64,000 nucleotides of DNA. Origin: an uncultured cyanobacterium. GTDB taxonomy: Bacteria > Cyanobacteriota > Cyanobacteriia > Pseudanabaenales > Pseudanabaenaceae. Positions 60,471-64,000 of this stretch are shown here, piece by piece (the first letter of the stretch is position 1; every line of letters begins with the position of its first letter). The stretch is from NCBI GenBank assembly GCA_963703315.1, contig OY969811.1, positions 2,624,001-2,688,000 of the forward strand, read 5' to 3'. The notes beneath the pieces were generated by a model. That model searched no databases, was not told the DNA's origin, and saw only the letters and a program-made list of their open reading frames with translations. Position numbers and translations under genes: made by a program.

Positions 60471-62786
60471 TTAGGTGACTGATGCAAGCCAAGCTTTTAG
60501 ATCGTTAGGTACAGTCGTAAAGTGAACGTAAGTTTGTTTAATATCGGGCGATCGCGGTGTTTGCGGAATCGTGGCAATCACTAACTTGTTCTCTAACACT
60601 AAAGATTCAGAAACTACTTGGTCTAAAGCTACTTGGTTCGGTTGTTGATGCTTTAAAACTTTGGCATAGATTTCCCCTTCAATCTCTTGCTGTTGCGATT
60701 GGTCATAGACTTTTAAATGGAGTTTGAGATTAGTTAAAACAGGAATATCCTGATTAGAAAACATTTCCGCACCATATAGAGATATACGCCGCAATTCCCC
60801 TGAAAATATCTCCGTACCTAGATGCTTCTCTTCTAAAATACGATAGGTAATTGTAATCGGTGTGGCTAATACTTGTAGAGATTCACTGAGAGAAGGAAGT
60901 TCTAAATCGTATTTTCCGTCAATGCCACAAATATCGTAAATTGCAATCGGTTGTGATACACCTTTCGGTTCGACCTGCATCGAACCATTGACTTTGGCGA
61001 TATGCTGCACTTCTGAGTATGTGGTTTCGGAAATAAGAATCTGTCCACCTACGGTGTAAGATTCAATTCGGGCGGTGAGGTTAACGTGATTACCAACAAC
61101 GGCATATTTAGCACGGGATTGCGAACCAATATTACCTGCGACGACTTCGCCTGTGTTAATCCCGATTCCCATCGCAATTTCTGGTAATTGGAGTTGGGCA
61201 AGCTTTTCATTTACCGATCGCATGGCTAACTGCATCGCGATCGCACTAGCAACGGCACGCTCAGCATCATCTTCACGATAGATCGGCGCACCAAATAGAA
61301 CTAGAATCGCATCGCCAATAAATTCATCGATTGTGCCTTCATAGGTGGCGATCGCCTCAGTCATCGCTCCCAAAAAAACATTGAGAATTTCGACTACTTT
61401 TTCTGGCGGCATCTTTTCGGAAATCGTAGAAAAGCCGCGTAGGTCACACATCAAAATCGTGACTTTGCGGCGCTCGCCCCCCAATTGCAACCCTTCAGGT
61501 GTTTCTAGTAAACTCTTGACCACCGCATCCGTCAAATAGCGACTGAAATAAGTACGGATTTGCGCCGCCGTAATTGCTAAATAACTAGTAACGATCGCGC
61601 CACTACCGATAAAAGCAATTAATGCAGGGACAAAAGGAAGCCACCAGCCGTAAACTAAGGCAAATAAGCAAGATGCAAATAAACTGCCCCCCACCGTCAC
61701 AACACTGAGCGATCGCAGCAATAGCACTTGAATCTCGCGATCCTTAGTCTTGACATTGCGCCATTGCCAAATTAATAGTGATCCAGCTAGTGACCAACCA
61801 AAAATCCACAGCCATTCCCAATATTCTTCCCATGACTGAATGCGACTTCGTCCATCAAGGGCACTGCTAAGGATGTGACTGACCATCTGGGCGTGAACTT
61901 CAACTCCTGATGTCAAAATGCGATCGCTGCCGATGCCACTATCGAGGGGAGTGAAAAACCAATCCCGCAAACTTATTGCCGTTGTCCCAATCATCACCAC
62001 GCGATCGCGCAATAGATCTGGTGCGATTTTCCCTTCTAAAACATCTGCCATTCGCACGATCTGAAAGCCTTTAAGCGATCGGCGATAGTTAATAATAAAT
62101 TGATGTCCTCCCCCATCAATTTGACTATAGCCCCCATCGTTTTGACGCAGTAATGGAGGCTGTAGGGCTTGTTCAAAGGGAATCGTCTTTTCCCCATCTA
62201 AATACAAAAAAGATAGCTGTAGACTTAAACTCAGAGCGACTTTGCCATCGGGTAAAGTCATAGATAGTACGCCTCGGCGCATCCGTCCATCGGCATCAAG
62301 GGGAAAATTAACGATCCCAATTTGTCCTAAAGCAGCGAGAGCAGGTGGCGGTTGAATATCGGAAACTGAGAAATTTGAGGATACTAAATCAGGTATTTTG
62401 TAAATTCCAACCAAATTGGGTGTGGTTTTAAAGATCTTTTCTAATTGTGGATAACTAGTACCAACTGTTTTGTCACGGACAAGGTCTAAGCCGATCGCCC
62501 TCGGTTTTTGTTGACGGACTTTATCTAATAAGTTGGCAAGTAAAGCGTCATCAATTGGCCATCTGTATTGGCGCACATCCGCTTCATCAATACCAATAAT
62601 CACAATCCGACGATCTTCAGGCTCAGGCGATCGCCACCGAAAAAACTGGTCGAGCATCGCCACTTCGCTAGATTCAAGCGCCCCAATCAGTCTTAGCCCA
62701 ATCACTAATAACGAAATTGATGGTGCAGCGATCGCAATACCACGCCATTTCCAGAGAATATTTTTTAATTTAGATCTAATTGCCAT
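60471..62786 (-). CDS. CHASE2 domain class III nucleotidyl cyclase (Cya2-like)
   Basis: PRAIGLD and GVEVHAQ (CHASE2), 3 TM, CDLRGFS, DEFIGDA and VNLTARIE. Start set at ATG 62786. Confidence 0.9.
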   Translation of the reverse strand: MAIRSKLKNILWKWRGIAIAAPSISLLVIGLRLIGALESSEVAMLDQFFRWRSPEPEDRRIVIIGIDEADVRQYRWPIDDALLANLLDKVRQQKPRAIGLDLVRDKTVGTSYPQLEKIFKTTPNLVGIYKIPDLVSSNFSVSDIQPPPALAALGQIGIVNFPLDADGRMRRGVLSMTLPDGKVALSLSLQLSFLYLDGEKTIPFEQALQPPLLRQNDGGYSQIDGGGHQFIINYRRSLKGFQIVRMADVLEGKIAPDLLRDRVVMIGTTAISLRDWFFTPLDSGIGSDRILTSGVEVHAQMVSHILSSALDGRSRIQSWEEYWEWLWIFGWSLAGSLLIWQWRNVKTKDREIQVLLLRSLSVVTVGGSLFASCLFALVYGWWLPFVPALIAFIGSGAIVTSYLAITAAQIRTYFSRYLTDAVVKSLLETPEGLQLGGERRKVTILMCDLRGFSTISEKMPPEKVVEILNVFLGAMTEAIATYEGTIDEFIGDAILVLFGAPIYREDDAERAVASAIAMQLAMRSVNEKLAQLQLPEIAMGIGINTGEVVAGNIGSQSRAKYAVVGNHVNLTARIESYTVGGQILISETTYSEVQHIAKVNGSMQVEPKGVSQPIAIYDICGIDGKYDLELPSLSESLQVLATPITITYRILEEKHLGTEIFSGELRRISLYGAEMFSNQDIPVLTNLKLHLKVYDQSQQQEIEGEIYAKVLKHQQPNQVALDQVVSESLVLENKLVIATIPQTPRSPDIKQTYVHFTTVPNDLKAWLASVT

Positions 62787-62867
62787 GTTTGATACCGTAA
62801 GAAAATGCAGTGTGCTATGTTTTGCACGGCACACTGCACTCAATAGATCATTGGCTTTGACAAAGTA

Positions 62868-63686
62868 TCACTTTGTCTTAATAAAAGAATATGGTAGAAC
62901 GCGATCAAGCTTAGCGGATTTCAAAAGAGAAATCCATGTGTCATCAATTTCAGCATTGTAACAACCACCTTGTTTTACCTCAGCTAAAGTTTGGATCGCA
63001 TCAAACCAAATGCCTTCTTTTGCTAATAGGGCAGCCCGATCAATCGGCTGAATAGTATTTACGAGTTGTGCAACTAACTGAGAGCTAGGAGCAACGCGCC
63101 GCAAGGCACTTTGAACCTTGCTATTGGCGGTTAACTCATTCACTTCAAATTCCCATATATAGTTTTTACCAAGCTCCAATTTTGGGGCATCATCAGGCAG
63201 TTTAAAAGCAATGATGCCTGCTTTCTCTTTAATCCGAAAGGAAGTGCGATAAATACGTTTACCTGCCTTTAAATCATTGTCTGGTGAAATATCGGTTTCA
63301 TAAAGACGAAAATCTGCCTTGCCATCTACTTTGGGGATGAGGAAGTACATAGTCGGACGCTCAGAAATAGTCTGAGGTACGGGTGCAGCTTGCAATATCA
63401 AATCAGGTACTAACCCAATTAAACAATTTGTTCCATCAGTACTACAACCTGCGCTACGAGTAGCCCCTGGCACTGAGACTCTCAGTACACCATTACTGGG
63501 TGGATTATAAAGTGTGCGTGACTGCGCTTGACTGGCAGAGGTGAATACAAAAAGTGGGACAGCAGTTGCTGTACTTGCGAGTAAGCAAGCACTAGCGGAT
63601 GCCACTAACAGCTTTTTCGAGAAAAACATAATGCGATCGCCTCCAGAAAAAGTTATCTTTAAAACTAAGAATGCAACTATTATCAA
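62868..63686 (-). CDS. DUF928 domain exported protein (start probably at MFFSKK)
   Basis: GATR...C, TISERPT.YF, LE.GK.Y.W, GIWFDA and W..LL motifs; usual neighbour of CHASE2 genes. Confidence 0.85.
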   Translation of the reverse strand: MIIVAFLVLKITFSGGDRIMFFSKKLLVASASACLLASTATAVPLFVFTSASQAQSRTLYNPPSNGVLRVSVPGATRSAGCSTDGTNCLIGLVPDLILQAAPVPQTISERPTMYFLIPKVDGKADFRLYETDISPDNDLKAGKRIYRTSFRIKEKAGIIAFKLPDDAPKLELGKNYIWEFEVNELTANSKVQSALRRVAPSSQLVAQLVNTIQPIDRAALLAKEGIWFDAIQTLAEVKQGGCYNAEIDDTWISLLKSAKLDRVLPYSFIKTK

Positions 63687-63871
63687 AAAGTTGCTATGGA
63701 TATTCGACTGAGATATTTCCCCAAGTTCAAATTTGAAAGCAAAGACTTTGTACTTTCGGTCAAATGACTAGGGGCGTTTGCCTTGCACCCATTCTGCTTT
63801 CTCTTTGGCACGGTAAAGCGTATTATAGTCGTTAGAAAAGTTTATTTAAGTTATTACAAAATTACAAAGTT

Positions 63872-63961
63872 ATGGATATTTTGTCACTAGGTTGGTTTGG
63901 TGTACTGGCTATATTTACCTTGTCGATCGCTTTTGTGGTGTGGGGACGTAACGGACTCTAG
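63872..63961 (+). CDS. petN: Cytochrome b6f complex subunit VIII
   Basis: Manual translation [29 protein letters not shown] (29 aa); below the ORF-track cutoff. Confidence 0.95.
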   Translation: MDILSLGWFGVLAIFTLSIAFVVWGRNGL

Positions 63962-64000
63962 ATTTACAGCACTAAAACCAAACCCAATTTTTAAAAGCGC

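Noticed and set aside
1916..60471. Palindromic repeats considered as a CRISPR array or integron attC sites
   Set aside because: They are dispersed singly at gene ends with no regular repeat-spacer period, no cas or integron integrase gene, and no consistent attC core sites.
1..64000. Very frequent GCGATCGC octamer
   Set aside because: It is the well-known cyanobacterial HIP1; used here only as a marker of native versus foreign DNA.

Overview
Chromosomal window from a HIP1 (GCGATCGC)-rich cyanobacterium; the gene set and repeat style suggest a Pseudanabaena-like organism (inference). Core genes: aroK (partial), psb30, the rplC-to-infA ribosomal protein cluster (4.3-15.7 kb, ending at infA), pgl, asnS, sbcC, modA-modBC and petN. 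Signalling genes: a bacteriophytochrome-like hybrid kinase with altered photosensory motifs, a membrane PAS hybrid kinase, a 7TM-DISM GGDEF/EAL protein, a PhnD-like binding protein with an HK/RR cascade, a CHASE2 cyclase with guanylyl-type residues, and a tandem ComFB protein. A Nit1C (MSMEG_0567-0572/sll0783-0787 type) nitrilase cluster has two NtcA-type promoters. The most unusual signals are structural. (1) A ~2.8 kb cassette stack (ParA pair, xisH'/xisI, TA pair, truncated gene) lies between the intact sbcC 3' end and a stranded second copy of that end, ~85% identical and differing almost only at silent sites. (2) A moaD 3' remnant is split by a 101-bp palindromic element with a TTA target duplication. 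(3) Many GC-core triloop palindromes sit at gene ends, with copy-specific arms; in two cases the arms extend symmetrically into the last codons of both convergent genes. (4) Heptamer arrays form the ModB-ModC linker. No rRNA, tRNA or CRISPR array was seen. All calls come from reading the sequence; no searches were run.
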